Shown here: piece after piece, positions 37,314 through 51,184 of the stretch
Layout of the letters: every line of letters begins with the position of its first letter
Numbering within the stretch: the stretch's first letter is position 1
Source: Centroscyllium fabricii
Lineage: Eukaryota
Reading direction: 5' to 3'
Assembly: GCA_051313645.2 (NCBI GenBank)
Contig: JBNRSN020000008.1
Span: 116,560,001 to 116,624,000, forward strand
Length of the DNA stretch: 64,000 bases
Made by a program: the position numbers and the translations under genes
The notes under the pieces: model-generated
Seen by the model: only the letters and a program-made list of their open reading frames with translations
What the model was told of the DNA's origin: nothing
Database searches by the model: none

Positions 37314-37859
37314 GGAGAAACCAGGAGAAAGGGGTAAATTTTAAAGCTTGTAGGGACTGGGGAAAGGAAGGGGGGGCTGAAAGAACAAAGGAAAGATCAG
37401 CAACAGGCCACACTTCTGGGTCTTTTTCTTTACTCTGCCAGAGCCGTTCACACCTATCCAGAGCCATCCTGTGTTCCTTCAATTTCTCCTAATATCTCTT
37501 ACCTTCCCCCGCCTTCTAGCCTGTTGCTGATCTTTCCTTTGATCTTTCCGCCTCCCCCCCCCCCCCCCCCACACACACACTCATGGATCTACTTCCTCTG
37601 CCTGACTGCCTTTGAATGGGGCACTATTCTCCTCAGATGTCTGGCTCCAAGCCCTGCATAAGAACATAAATAGGAGCAGGAATAGGCCATTTACTCCCGT
37701 GAGCCTGCTCTACCATTCAATAAGGTTATGGCTGATCTTGTACCTTAACTCCACTTTCCTGCACTATCCCCATATCCCTTAAATCCAGAAGTCTATTGAT
37801 CTCTGTCCTTAATATACTCAACGACTAAGCCTCCACAGCCCTCTGGGGTGGAGAACTCC

Positions 37860-40800
37860 AAAGACCCAGACAAGATGTATCCCAGGCTGCTGTGAGAGGC
37901 AAAGGAGGAGATTGCAGGGGCTCCGACACAAATTTTCAGAACCTCTCTGGCCACAGGGGATGTGCCAGAGGACTGGAGAACAGCTAATGTAGTGCCATTA
38001 TTCAAGAAGGGCAGTAGGGATAAACCAGGGAATTACAGGCCAGTGAGCCTAACATCAGTGGTAGGGAAATTACTGGAAAAATTCTGAGGGACAGAATTAG
38101 TCTCCACTTGGAGAGGTAAGGATTAATCAAGGATAGTCAGCATAGCTTTGTCAAGGGAAGATCCTGTCTGACCAATTTGGTTGAATATTTCGAGGGGGTG
38201 ACTAGGTGTGTGGATGAGGGTAGTGCAATGGATGTGGTATACATGGATTTCAGTAAGGCTTTTGATAAAGTCCCGCATAGGAGACTGGTCAAGAAGGTAA
38301 GAGCCCATGGGGTCCAGGGCACCTTGGCACATTGGATCCAAAACTGGCTTAGTGGCAGAAGGCAGAGGGTGATGGTCGAAGGTTGTTTTTGTGACTGGAA
38401 GCCTGTGTCATAGAATCCCTACAGTGCAGATAGAGGCTATTTCGGCCCATCGAGCCTGCACCGACACATATCCCACCCTATCCCCGTAACACCATATATT
38501 TAATCCCCCTAACAATAAGGGTCAATTTATCATGGCTAATCAACCTAACCCGCACATCTTTGGACTGTGGGAGGAAACCCACGCAGACACTGGGAGAATG
38601 TCTGTGTGGAGTTTGCACAGTCACCCGAGGCTGGATTTGAACCCGGACCCCTGGCGCTGTGAGGCAACAGTGCTAACCACTATGCCACCGTGCCGTCCAG
38701 TGGGGTACTGCAGGGATCGGTGCTGGGTCCCTTGCTGTTTGTAGTCTACTTTAATGATTCGGATGTGAATGTAAAAAGTATGATCAGTAAGTTCGCAGAT
38801 GACACAAAAATTGGTGGGGTGGTAAATAGCGAGGAGGGAAGCCTCAGTCTGCAGGACGATATAGATGGGTTGGTCAGATGGGCGGAACAGTGGCAAATGG
38901 AATTTAACCCTGAAAACTGTGAGGTGATGCATTTTGGAAGGACTAACAAGGCAAGGGAATATACAATGAATGAACATAGAACATACAGCACTGTACAGGC
39001 CCTTGGGCCCTCAATGTAGTGCCGCGCTTAGTCCGTCTTCGATTTTTCCTGTCCCCCCTACTCTTCCTTCCTCTCCATGTACCTATCTATCATCCTTTTA
39101 AAAGCTCCCAGACTGTCCACATCCACTATTTCAGATGGTAGCCTATTCCACTCCCCGACCACTCTCTGTGTAAAGAACTTGCCCCTGCCATCCCTTCTGA
39201 ATCTTCCTCCTTGAATCTTGTGCTCGTGCCCTCTTGTTGTCGTTCTTCCCACCCGGGGAAACAGTCTCTGCACGTTTACTCTATCGATCCCCTTCATCAT
39301 CTTGAACATCTCTATTAAGTCCCCCCTCTTCCTTCTCCGCTCCAGGGAGAAGAGTCCCAGCTCCCTCAACCTCTCCTCGTACGACTTTCCCCCCATTCCC
39401 GGCAGCATCCTGGTGAATCTCCTCTGCACCCTCTCCAACACCTCCACATCCCTCCTGTAGTACGGTGCCCAGAACTGCACACAGTACTCCAAGTGTGGTC
39501 TCACCAGTGACCTGTACAGCTGTAGCATGACCTCCCGGTTCTTAAACTCTATTCCCCTGTTGATGAAGGCCAATACACCATAGGCCTTTTTTACTGCCTT
39601 ATCCACCTGGGTGGCAGCCTTCAATGATCTGTGTACATATACTCCCAGATCCCTTTGCTCCTCTATTTCGCTCAGGACCCTGCCGTTGACCCTATATTCC
39701 CTATTCCTATTTGCCCTACCGAAGTGTATCACCTCGCATTTCCGTGTTGAACTCCATTTGCCATTCTTCAGCCCAGCTCTGCATCCTATCTATATCCCTC
39801 TGAAGCCTTCTACTTCCTTCCTCCTCATCCACTACTCCCCCAATCTTTGTGTCATCTGCAAATTTGCTGACCCACCCCTCAGTCCCCTCCTCCAAGTCAT
39901 TGATAAAGATTACAAATAGTAGTGGCCCCAACACCGACCCCTGTGGCACCCCACTGGTGACCGGTCTGCAACCCGAGTATTGGCCCTCTACCACTACCCT
40001 CTGCTTTCTCTGAGCCAGACAGTTCTCAATCCATCCCACTACTTCGTTGTTTACCCCGCAACTCCTTACTTTCTTCATGAGTCGACCGTGCGGGACCTTG
40101 TCGAACGCCTTGCTGAAGTCCATATATATGACATCAACCGCCTTTCCCTCTTCAAAGAATTCTATCAGGTTGGTCAGGCACGATTTGCCCTTAACGAATC
40201 CGTGCTGACTGCTCCTGATTAATTTGCCCCTTTCTAGATGGTCGTAGATCCTGTCTCTCAGGACCCTTTCCATCACCTTTCCGACCACCGAGGTAAGGCT
40301 GACTGGTCTGTAGTTCCCTGGCACGTACCTGCTCCCCTTTTTAAATATGGGAACCACATTCGCCTCTCTCCAGTCCTCAGGGACTATCCCCGAGGATAGC
40401 GAGGAACTAAAGATAGAGGTCAGTGGCTCTGCGATTTCGTTCCTCGCTTCCCAGAGAATCCTTGGATATATCCCGTCCGGCCCAGGAGATTTGTCTGCCT
40501 TCAGTTTCTCCAAAATATCTAATACCTCCTCCCTCTGAATATTTACTTCCCCCATCCTTTCCCCTTGTATCTTGCACTCCTCCTCTACTTTTAGTTCCCT
40601 CTCCCTTGTGAACACGGACGCAAAATATTCATTTAGTGCTTCCCCAATTTCCTCTGACTCCGTGCACATTTCTCCCTTGCCGTCTTTGATCGGCCCTACT
40701 CTTATCCTAGTCATCCTTTTATTTCTCACGTAAGCATAGAAAGCCTTAGGGTTCTCCTTTATCCTTCCCGCTAATGCCTTCTCATGCCCTCCCTTTGCCT

Positions 40801-41948
40801 TCCTTAGCCCATTCTTCAGTTCTTTCCTTGCTTCTTTGTACTCCTTTCCCGCCCATGCTGTACACTGCTTTCTCATTCTATCATATGCCTCCTTCTTCTT
40901 CTTTACTAATTGTTCTACCTCTTTCGTGATCCACGGTTCTCTCATCTTTCCCTTGTTTCCCATCCTACTCGGGACATGCTTATCCAGGGCTTTCATAATT
41001 TGCTCACTGAACACTCTCCATTTTTCTTCCGTTCCTCTCCCAGCAAGTTCCCGTTCCCAATCGGTGTTAGCTAAATTGTGCCTAACCCTGTTGTAATTTC
41101 CCCTCCCCCAGCTGTATACCTTACCCTGCCTCATGCTCCTATCCTTCTCCATTACTATTGTGAACGTCACCGAGTTGTGGTCACTGTCCCCAAAGTGCTC
41201 CCTTACCCCTTCTACCACTTGGCCTGGTAAGACCCTAGGAGAGACAAAGGATCAGAGGGACCTTGGTGTGCATGTACATAGATCCCTGAATGCAGCAGGA
41301 CAGGTGGATACGGTGGTTAAAAAGGCATGTGGGATACTTGCCTTCATTAGCCGAGGCATAGAATATAAGAGCAGGGAGGTTATGATGGAGCTGTACAAAA
41401 CACTGGTGAGGCCACAGCTGGAGTACTGTGTACAGTTCTGGTCGCCGCACTATAGGAAGGATGTGATTGCTTTGGAGAGGGAGGGTGCAGAGGAGATTCA
41501 CCAGGATGTTACCTGGGCTGGAGCGTTTCAGCTATGAAGAAAGACTGGACAGGCTGGGTTGTTTTCCTTGGAGCAGAGAAGGCTGAGGGGGGACCTGATT
41601 GAGGTGTACAAAATTATGAAGGGCATAGATAGGGTAGATAGAAAGGAACTTTTTCCCTTAGTAGAGGAATCAATAACAAGGGGGCATAGTTTCAAGGTAA
41701 GGGACAGGAAGTTTAGAGGGGATTTGAGGAAGATCTTTTTCACCCAGAGGGTGGTTGGAATCTGGAACTCACTGCCTGAAAGGGTGGTCAAGGCAGGAAC
41801 CCTCACAACATTCAAGAAGCATTTAGATGAACACTTGAAATGCCATAGCATACAAGGCTACGGACCAAATGCAGGAAAATGGGATTAGAATGGACAGGGC
41901 TTGATGGCCGGCACAGACAGCCTCTTTCTGTGCTGTATAATTCTATGA
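37860..41948 (+). mobile_element. CR1 LINE RT, interrupted by a SINE (38410-38695) and an inverted CR1 (38973-41224)
   Basis: [20 protein letters not shown]; the sequence resumes as ...AATG|GTAAGACCC at 41225. Confidence 0.85.
38973..41224 (-). mobile_element. Younger CR1 LINE (EN end plus RT), one frameshift
   Basis: ORFs 39716-41218 (500 aa) and 39058-39732 (224 aa): [27 protein letters not shown]. Confidence 0.92.
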
Positions 41949-41949
41949 C

Positions 41950-43265
41950 TCTATTCACCACCCTCTGAGTGAAATAATTTCTCCTCATCTCAGTTCTAAA
42001 TGGCCGACCCCTTATACTGAGAATGTGACCCCTGGTTCTAGGCTCCCCAGCCAGGGGAAACATCCTCCCTACATCTACCCTGTCAAGCCCTGGAAGAATT
42101 TTGTATGTTTCAATTATATCACCTCTCATTCTTCTAAACTCTAGAGAATATAGGCCTAATCTATTCACTCTCCCCTCAGGACAATTCCCCCATCCCAGGA
42201 ATCAGTCTGGTAAACCTTCATTGCACTCCCTCTATGGCAAGTATCCTTCCTTTGGTAAGGAGACCAAAACTGTACACAGTACTCTGGGTGTGGTCTCACC
42301 AGGGCCCTATATAATTGCAGTAAGACGTCTTTACTCTTATACACAAACCCTCTTGTAATAAAGGCCAACATACCATTTGCTTTCCTAATTGCTTGCTGTA
42401 TCTGCACGTTAATATTCAGTGATTCATGTACAAGGACACCCAGGTCCCTCTGAACACCAACATTTCCCAATCTCTCACCTTTTAAAAAATACTCTGCTTT
42501 TCTATTTTCCTACCAAAGTGGATAACTTCACTTTTCTCCACATTATATTCCATTTGCCATGTTCTTGCCCACTCACTTAGCTTGTCTATATCCCCTTGAA
42601 GCCTCTTTGCATCCTCCTCACAACTTACATTCCCACCCAGCTTTGTATCATCAGATAACTTGAATATATTACATTTGGTCCCCTCATCCAAATCATTGAT
42701 ATAGATTGTGAATAGCTGAGGCCCAAGCACTGATCATTGTGGTACCCCATTAGTTACAGCCTGCCAACCCAAAAATGACCTGTTTATTCCTACTCTCTGT
42801 TTTCTGTCTGTTTACCAATCCTCAATCCATTATAGCATATTACCCCCAATCCCATGAGCCCTAATTTTGTTTAATAACCTTTTGTGTGGCACCTTATTGA
42901 ATGCCTTCTGAAAATCCAAATACACCATATCCACTGGTTCCCCCTTATCTATTCTGCTAGTTACAACCTCTAACAGATTCGTCAAACACAATTTCCCTTT
43001 CATAAATTCGTGTGGACTCTGCCCAATCCTATTATTATTTAAGCGCCCTGTTACTACATCCTTAATAATAGATTCTAGCATTTTCCCTACTACTGATGTC
43101 AGGCTAACTGGTCTGTAGTTCCATGTTTTCTCTCTCCCTCCTTTCTTAAATAGTGGGGTTATATTTGCTACCTGCCAATCTGCAGGAACCGTTCCAGAAC
43201 CTATGGAATTTTGGAAAATGACAACCAATGCATCCACAATCTCTATAGACAGCTCTTTCAAAACC
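41950..43265 (-). mobile_element. CR1 LINE RT fragment, same subfamily as 13520-15745
   Basis: [23 protein letters not shown]. Confidence 0.88.
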
Positions 43266-45165
43266 CCATTTGTCTATAACCAGACTTTATTCAACCACTG
43301 TCTTTTGGTTCTCTTTCAGAATTTTGATGACTTTTCTCATCCCAAGACCCATCCTGCCTCAACTAGACTCTTACCTAACTTAAGCTATCTCTAATGTGTG
43401 CACCTGCTGCCAGGCTGGACCGAAAACCCACCTACTCTCATTTCTGGATAACCCAGGTGTCACCAATCATGATCAAATTAAACAAAAATGTCCCCTATTT
43501 AAAGGGCACAAACAATAAAATCTAAATTATAAATAAAAAGAAAGGAATCTTAAATGAATTAAATTAAGATACTGCTCCTTGTGTTGATGATGCATTCCAG
43601 TGACAATTGCAATCTGTACAAAATAAGTCTCAAACTTGCACTATCCCTTAAAACAATTTCCTGAAGCCATCATAATTTAGGGGTATCTCACGAAATGTGT
43701 TATTGGAACCAAGTCGATAAACAGATATAAGTTTCTTACACAATAAAAAGGGACAATAAATTAATTACAGCTATTAAGCAGGAAATTGTATACACAATTG
43801 AATCCTAACAAAAAATGGTTTAGAATGGAGATGGGAGTCTCCTGTTTTTCCCTTTCCTAGTTAGGAAAAAGTATAGCTCGGCCTATTTTTTGGAAAAGAA
43901 ATTGTCAATAAAACAATAGACATTTTACTCTGAATAGTTTTCAGTGATTTACCTCTCAAATTTTAATCATCTAAATAATAAATGTTCTAATTACAATTTT
44001 CTGTAATTCAAGGCAGAGGAAATGTTTGAAATTAAAAAAAATTAAACTTGATCTTTTTTCAGTCTGTAAAAAATTGTTTTACAACAAACTAAGCCTGGAC
44101 TAGAGGATATGCAGTGATTTTAAACAGTATTTGAACCTCTCATTTTTGTATAACTTATTTGTTGAAGTGAATCAAATTTCATAAGTTATTTAAATAAGTT
44201 ACTTGATTATTTTGAAGCAGAAATGAGGATGGTTTACAGATGAATTGCCAAAATTCACGACAGGTAGTTATTGAGGCAAAAACGATACCATTGTTTAAAA
44301 GGGAACCAAATAAGTCATTGAATCAGTCTGGAGTAAGCAACTGTACTTTACTCAACCAAAACATCGCCCAAGCAATTTCTTGGGAGTATGCCAATGTAGA
44401 ATCACAGAAATTGCAGCGCAAAAAAGAAGCCTGCTGTCACCCATAACTGTGCTAATTCTCATTCTTCAACGGGAGTTATATACTCTTATCCCATTTACTT
44501 GTCCTTTTTTGTGTAGCCTTTTATATTCTTCCTTTTCAAATACTTATTTAAATAATGTTAAATGTTTTCCCCTCAATAACCACTTGTGGTAAAACATTCC
44601 ATGTCCTATTAACCCTCTGTGTGATTTTTCTTTATAACTCCTCCCTTTGTCCTTGGGATAATCATAGAATCATACACCACAGAAGGAGACCATTTTTCCC
44701 ATCCTGCCTGTCCGGCTCCTTGAAACAACTATCCAGTTAGTCCCGTGCCACTGCTCTTTCCCCATAGCCCTGCAAATTTCCCACATTCAAGTATTTATCC
44801 AATTTCCTTTTGAAAGTTATAATGAATCTGCTTCCACCAGCCTTTCATTCAGTACATTCCAGATCATAACTTGCTGCATCATTTTTTCTTCCTCATGTCA
44901 CCTCTGGTTCTTTTGTCAATTTTCTTTTGTGTCCTCCGGTTACTGACCCTTCTGCCACTTGAAACAGTTTCTCCTAATTTACTCTTTCAAACCCTTTCAT
45001 GATTTTTTTTTGACGTTACTCTTTTATTTAAAACCCAATTACAAAACAACATTACTCAAAACATTTACAAAAAAACCCCAACATTACCGCACTCGAATCA
45101 CGGCAAATTCGCAAGCCCTCATGCCTACAAGGCAGGGGTCAAAGTCTCCAGCCCTCATGCCTACG

Positions 45166-46274
45166 AATGCTGTTTATTGACTACAGCTCAGCATTCAACA
45201 CCATCGTCCCCAGCAAATTGTCTAACAAACTCCTCACCCTCGGCCTGAACATCTCCCTCTGCAACTGGACCCTGGACTTCCTAACCAACAGACCACAGTC
45301 TGTGAAGTTAGGCAACCTCACCTCCCCCCCTTACCCTGAACACGGGGGCCCCACAAGGTTGTGTGCTGAGCCCCCTCCTCTACTCCCTCTTCACTCACGA
45401 CTGTGCAGCTGTCCATGGCTCCAACACGATCATCAAGTTTGCGGATGACACCACGGTGGTTGGCCAGATCACCAACAACGACGAGTCAGCCTACAGGGAT
45501 GAGATCCAGCGCCTTGTGGGTTGGTGTGCCGACAACAACCTGGCACTGAACACCGAGAAAACTAAGGAGATCATAGTGGACTTCCGGAGGACTGGAAGCA
45601 GAAGACACACCCCCATCTTCATCCAAGGGGCTGAGGTGGAAAGGGTGTCCAGCTTCAAGTTCCTCGGTGTCCACATCTCGGAAGATCTCTCCTGGTCACT
45701 AAACACCTCCTCTCTGGTCAAGAAGGCCCAACAGCGCCTGTACTTCCTAAGGAAGCTGAAGAAAGCCAGGCTGTCATCCGGCATCCTCTCCAACTTCTAC
45801 CGCTGCACAATAGAAAGCATACTGACAAGCTGCATCACTGTCTGGTATGGAAATTGCACTATCTCAGACCGAAAAACCCTGCAGCGGGTAGTCAAAACTG
45901 CCCAACGAATCACCGGTACCCAGCTACCGTCAATGGAAAGCATCTACCTCAAACGCTGCTTACGGAGGTCTATGAACATTATTAAAGACCCCACACACCC
46001 CAGCCACAGTCTGTTCGCCCCCCTGCCCTCCGGGAGACGCTACAGATCAATTCGCACCCGCACGACTAGATTTCAGAACAGCTTCTTCCCCAGGGCTGTC
46101 AGCCTCCTGAACTCTAAAAATAAACTCCGGTACCTGCACGCCTGATAATGTACTTTACTGTATGCAATTTGCATGTAATTTATTTGCACTACTCTCGGGA
46201 GAGTCGAGTCTTCGTCTCGTTTTATTGTACTCGTACTCTGCAATGACAATAAAACTTGAATTGAATTGAATTGA
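45166..46274 (+). mobile_element. Rex1/Babar-type LINE, 5'-truncated, near intact
   Basis: [55 protein letters not shown]; tail AATAAAAC(TTGAA)4. Confidence 0.9.
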
Positions 46275-46535
46275 AAAGTCTCCAGCCCTCATGCCTACAA
46301 TGCAGGGGTCAAAGTCTCCAGCCCTCATGCCTACAAGGCAGGGGTCAAAGTCTCAAGCCCTCATGCCTACAAGGCAGGGGTCAAAGTCTCAAGCCCTCAT
46401 GCCTACGAGGCAGGGGTCAAAGTCTCAAGCCCTCATGCCTACGAGGCAGGGGTAAAAGTCACAACAAGCCCTCATGCCCACAAGGCAGGGGTCACGATCA
46501 CAAGTCCTCATGCCTGCAAGGCAGGGGTCCAAGTC
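46275..46535 (+). repeat. 36-bp minisatellite (also 45110-45164), probably in the 3'UTR of a minus-strand Tx1/L1-like element (45003-46666)
   Basis: Unit AAAGTCTCMAGCCCTCATGCCTACAAGGCAGGGGTC, about 7 copies, split by Rex1. Confidence 0.85.
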
Positions 46536-46876
46536 TCTCCAAGCTTCCCGGTCATCTTCGCCCATTCATCTGGACAGCGGGTCTCCAGGAAAACACACAG
46601 ATGGGGGTCGGCGCTCCCAGCGGATGGCTGGTGCAGATCCGGCAGTCTCCGGTTGACGCTACTCCATCAAGCAATATAAACTAAATGGTTCCTGCACCCC
46701 TTTAAAATGATACCATTTAGTTTATATTGCTTCACCTCATTCTTCCGACCAAAATGAATCGTTTCACACTTCTCTGCCTTAAATGTCATCATGTGGAGGT
46801 GCCGGTGTTGGACTGGGGTGGACAAATGCAAGAAGTCACACAACACCAGATTATAGTCCAACGGTTTTATTTTAAA

Positions 46877-46913
46877 TCACAAGCTTTCGGAGCGCTGCTC
46901 CTTCCTCAGGTGG
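46877..46913 (-). ncRNA. Minimal hammerhead ribozyme motif in a Penelope-like fragment (46788-46960)
   Basis: Minus strand CCAC-CUGAGGA-A-GGAGC agc GCUCC-GAAA-GCUU-GUGA. Confidence 0.65.
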
Positions 46914-47104
46914 ACAGAGAGAGACTGACTTAAAGATCACATATCGGAGGAAGGGAGAAATCCGATCTCTTCCACATCTCACCCTAGAGACAGAGAGCAC
47001 ACAAAGGCATATTAACATATTTTATTAAATATATTAAATGTCATCTACCATGTGTCTGCCCATTTCTCCAGTGTGTCTACACTTTTTGATAGGCTCTTAA
47101 CCAA

Positions 47105-47300
47105 ATTGACTGTAAATTAATAAAACTTAACAACTTAAATTAACATTTGATTTGCTGGGTTGATGATGCACTCCAGCCCCCGTGGCGCCCACCGGTCACG
47201 GAAAGCCTCAAATGTACCGGCGGACACCGCGTGCTCCATCTCCAGGGCCACCCGGGCGTGAACATGGCCGCGGAAGAGAGGCCGGCAATCCGGCCGTCCA
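47105..47300 (-). mobile_element. Tx1-type LINE ORF2 C-terminal fragment nested in a CR1 fragment (47030-47680)
   Basis: DCRPLFRGHVHARVALEMEHAVSAGTFEAFRDRWAP. Confidence 0.65.
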
Positions 47301-48779
47301 GTGTGTCTATGTCCTCCTGAAGTCTGTTACTATCCTCCTCATTGTTTACTAAATTTCCAAGTTTCGTGTCATCTGCAAACTTTGAAATTAAGCCCCGTAT
47401 ATTCAAGTCCAGGTAACTAATATATATCAAAAAGAACACTGACCCCTGGGGGACACCACTGCATACTTCCCTCCAGTGTGGAAAACAACTGCTCAACACT
47501 CTCTGCTTTCTGTCCCTTAGCCAATTACGTATCCGCGCAGTCATTGCCCCATTAAGCTTCAATTTTTCTAACAAGGTACTTTATCAAGCGCCTTGAAAGT
47601 ATGCACATCAAACGCACTACTCTCATCAACCCTCTCCATTACTTCATCAAAAAACCCAATCAAGTTAGTAGAGTAATCCTGAGTATATATCCCCTTGTTG
47701 CTGATTTGGAAATAAGTAGAAACAGCTTTTCACTATTTATGCTTACAAATACCAATTATTTGTGCCTGATGGCTGTCCAGAACCAGGGGTAAACCAGAGT
47801 GTGGTAACCTGTGGAATTATCTGCCACGCAGGGCAGGAGAGGCCAATTCATTAAATATATTCAAGGAGTTGGGTATATGTCTTAAGACTAAAGGGATATG
47901 GGGAGAAAGCAGGGACAGGGTACTGAATTTGGATGATCAGCCATGATCTCATTGAATGGCCTGCTCCTATCTTCCTTTATTTGATTCCCACCCACCGCCC
48001 CCCCCCCCCCCCCCCCAACCTTCTCTGTTACAATAGGTAAAAAAGCTCCAATTTCAAATCTTTTTCCCTAACTATAACCTCTCATTTTGAATATCATTCT
48101 AGTGAATCTTCACTTTACCCTTTCCATGGCTCTAATATCTTTCCTATGAGATGCTCAGAACTTCATGCGATAGACATTGTTGCTGCATTAAGTAGAGAAA
48201 TAGAAAAGTTAGAGGAAAAGAAGAACGTTTTATAGCCTGAATGTTCTTCAAATGGTTCTGTATACATGTACTGTTACTTTTTCTTACATACAGTTCCTGG
48301 AAAATATTTGTCCAGTTAAGTAAATTGTTTGCTCTGTTACTGATTAACCGAGCTCTTTCTTGTGGTATAGATTTTGCCATGGTGTAGAAATTGTATCCTT
48401 TGGTAAGATAACCCCAGTTATTTCAAAGTATGCCATGGACATGCATTGAAATTAGTGAAAGCAATTTTTGAAAGGTATCGGGAATGCTTCTTTACTCAAG
48501 TTGTGATAAATGTTTAATCATCTACGGAGCAAGGCAATAGAAGCAAATATATTAGGATTATTTAAAATTAGATCGCATGATGAGAGATTTAGAGAATGAA
48601 TTTTAATAGATACGTAGCCTTTTTTCATTCTGACTTTGTTTGGTGAGTGGAAATATTAAGAACTCCTGGGGAAAGAGTGCCATTACCCAGTCTAGCTGAG
48701 CCCCCCTCCTCCTGCTCCCCCTCCCCCGCTCCTTGGCCATATCCCCTGCTCATAAATCATATACGCCAGCCTCAAAACA

Positions 48780-49330
48780 TTAGCACTAGCTAACGGCTTC
48801 AAACAAAACACGCCAACCACCGCAAAGCTGGCAATTTGAGCGCGGCGGGAGTGATTGGCGCTGCCGCTTGCTCACAGGGCGGGCTGGCGGGCGGGTTGCC
48901 CGAGTGCTCCCGGTGTAAGGGGCGGGCTCTCAGCGCAGGGACTCTCCCGCCGCTCAGCTTCTTTCCAGCAATTAGCGCCGCTGCTCCCGCATTCCCGGTC
49001 GGTGGCCGGAGCAAGTGCAAACGAGGTAAGAAATGTTCCTAGAACCGAAAGTCGGCATTTCATCGGTGCCCTTCCCTCCCAGTTATGGTCGTGTGGGTGG
49101 GGGGAACTTGCGGAAGTGCAAAGATAAGGAAGGTCGGCGCCTGCAAATATGTCTGAAGTTTAAACTGCTGCCGGGTGTACTTTCACAGCCTTGTGCCATC
49201 GAATGGTTTCTGTTTTGAGAAAGTGCGGCTGCCGCTGCGGTTCGGTGACCTTTGCTCGAGGCCCGGTGGATGGGTTTGACGGCCGGGGTTTTGCTGCCGT
49301 GACCAGAGGACCCGAGGACAGACTCACTCC
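48780..49330 (+). promoter_or_regulatory. MAP3K20: CpG-island promoter and putative non-coding exon 1 of MAP3K20 (donor GAG|GTAAGA at 49025/49026)
   Basis: Non-repetitive CpG-dense stretch; inverted CCAAT at ~48853; three GGGCGG boxes; strong donor about 2.2 kb upstream of the coding-exon acceptor. Confidence 0.7.
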
Positions 49331-49462
49331 TCTACAGCCATTGTTTGTTTCTTTACCTGTCCTATTCCTCGAATATCTCTTTAATGCCTCTTTCATACCC
49401 TCCCCCATTTCCCAGCCCCCGGACTGCCTTTTAATCTCTTTAATTTCCAGCCTTTTATTCTC

Positions 49463-49498
49463 GGTTCTGAAGAAGGGTTTCGACCCGAAACGTTGACT
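49463..49498 (+). ncRNA. Minimal hammerhead ribozyme motif in a Penelope-derived repeat (~49345-49560)
   Basis: GGUU-CUGAAGA-A-GGGUU uc GACCC-GAAA-CGUU-GACU. Confidence 0.6.
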
Positions 49499-50297
49499 GT
49501 TTCTCTCTCTCTCCACGGATGTTGCCTGGCCTGCTGAGGTTTTTCGGCGTTTTCTGCTGTTAATAACCGACTGGCTCACTCTGACCCCCAACATCTCACC
49601 GCGCCTCACGTCACGGCTTTCGCCGAAAGCGCCTCCCAGTTCCCAGAAGTGTTGTGTTTTTTAAAAACAGCTTCGAAGTAACAGCCACAACTTTCGCTGA
49701 AGCGGCGCATTCGTTTTAGAAAAGTCTATGTTGGCATATGGTCTTTATTACAACTGTTTAAAGTGAGGGAGAGGTTTGTGGCCGAGCACCGCCCAGTGAG
49801 CGGCCGGGGCTGTGGCGCAGTTGGTGCCACAATGTCCCCAGTCGCGCTCGCGCTCTCTCTCCCGCCCACTCACTCACCCACTCTGGCTCTCTGCGGGTAT
49901 TTTGTGTGATGGGGTCACATCGCCGAGCGATTGCGTGCCTGGCATTCCACGGCCATGATTCAGCCTCCGAGCTTACAGACACCTCGTTACCCAGGCTCTG
50001 TGCCAGTGGAGGGTGCAACGAAATCTTCTGGCGCAGTGTCTGTTGGAAAAGCAAGAACCTGCGTTTATATAACGCCTTCCACATCCTCGGGCCCGTCCCA
50101 GAGCGCTTTGCAGTCAATGAAGTACTTTTGAAGTTAAGTCACTGTTGCAATGTAGGAAGCCTACAATTTTAAAGGGGGGAAACGTGGGATAGTATCAGCA
50201 GCAGTCGTCATAGTTGACGTTATGATCATGCAAACTTAGAAACATGTTTTTTGTTCTAATCACCCTCCCCTCCCCCAACAGATGCACTACTTTTGGG

Positions 50298-50445
50298 GGC
50301 AAATGCAAGAAGTCACACCACACCAGGTTATAGTCGAACAGTTTTATTTGAAATCAAATCAAACTGTTGGACTATAACCTGGTGCTGTGTGACTTCTTGC
50401 ATTTGTCCACCCCAGTCCAACACCGTAGCACCTCCACATCATGGC
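50298..50445. mobile_element. Penelope-like pLTR fragments in inverted arrangement
   Basis: Inverted repeat of about 50 bp, flanked by the direct repeat CTACTTTT(T)GGGGG. Confidence 0.65.
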
Positions 50446-50511
50446 TACTTTTTGGGGGACTAGAGTATGCATCTTAAGACGTTAACTTGCAATTGTAGAA
50501 CCGATCAGTTA

Positions 50512-51184
50512 CAGGTTGTGCACCGAAAATCCGTGACCCGAAACGCCGGGAGCTTCAGTCTGCCGGCACAAATTGCCCCGACTGCACTGCGCATGCGCAA
50601 TCGCGGCTTCGGCGAATGATCTGCGCATGCGCCGCCGAACGGCAAGCGCATGTGCAGATCATTCAAAATGGCTGCTAGGTGTTTTGAATGATCTGCGCAT
50701 GCGTCGCCGGACGGCTAGCGCATGCGCAGATCATTCAATACAGCCGCCAGTTATTTCCTCGACAGCTGAGCCCCTTGACTGAGGCGGACAGTCATCAGGC
50801 AGCAGCTGTCAGCCCGAGTTCGGCTCAGCGGCAGCAGCAACCCCAAAGGCAATGGCGAGGGAAGGCGGACCTACTGGGCCCGACCCGCGCCCGCATAACC
50901 CTCCTTTTCCCCCCCCCCTGCAAGACCGGCCTGTCACTGCTGCCCGACAGCCCTAAAAGCCAAACGGAACGCCACAAAAGCCTGAGCCCGTCAAAAAACT
51001 TTGCGGCGGCCATTATTGGATGATCTGCGCATGCGCTCGCCAGCCACTCCCAATGTTGTGTGCATGCGCGTGGCCATTTTGAATGGTGGGCGCATGCGCA
51101 TTGTCCAACTTCATTCTCCCGGTTTTTTCACTTTCCCGGCATGGGCCTGGTCCCGCCTGTGCCGGATTAATGGTGCACAACCTG
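50512..51184. mobile_element. Tigger/pogo-like MITE in MAP3K20 intron 1
   Basis: Perfect 13-bp TIR CAGGTTGTGCACC; TA TSD at 50510-11 and 51185-86. Confidence 0.9.

Noticed and set aside
46271-46684. 137-aa ORF with [12 protein letters not shown] repeats
   Set aside because: Translation of the 36-bp minisatellite.
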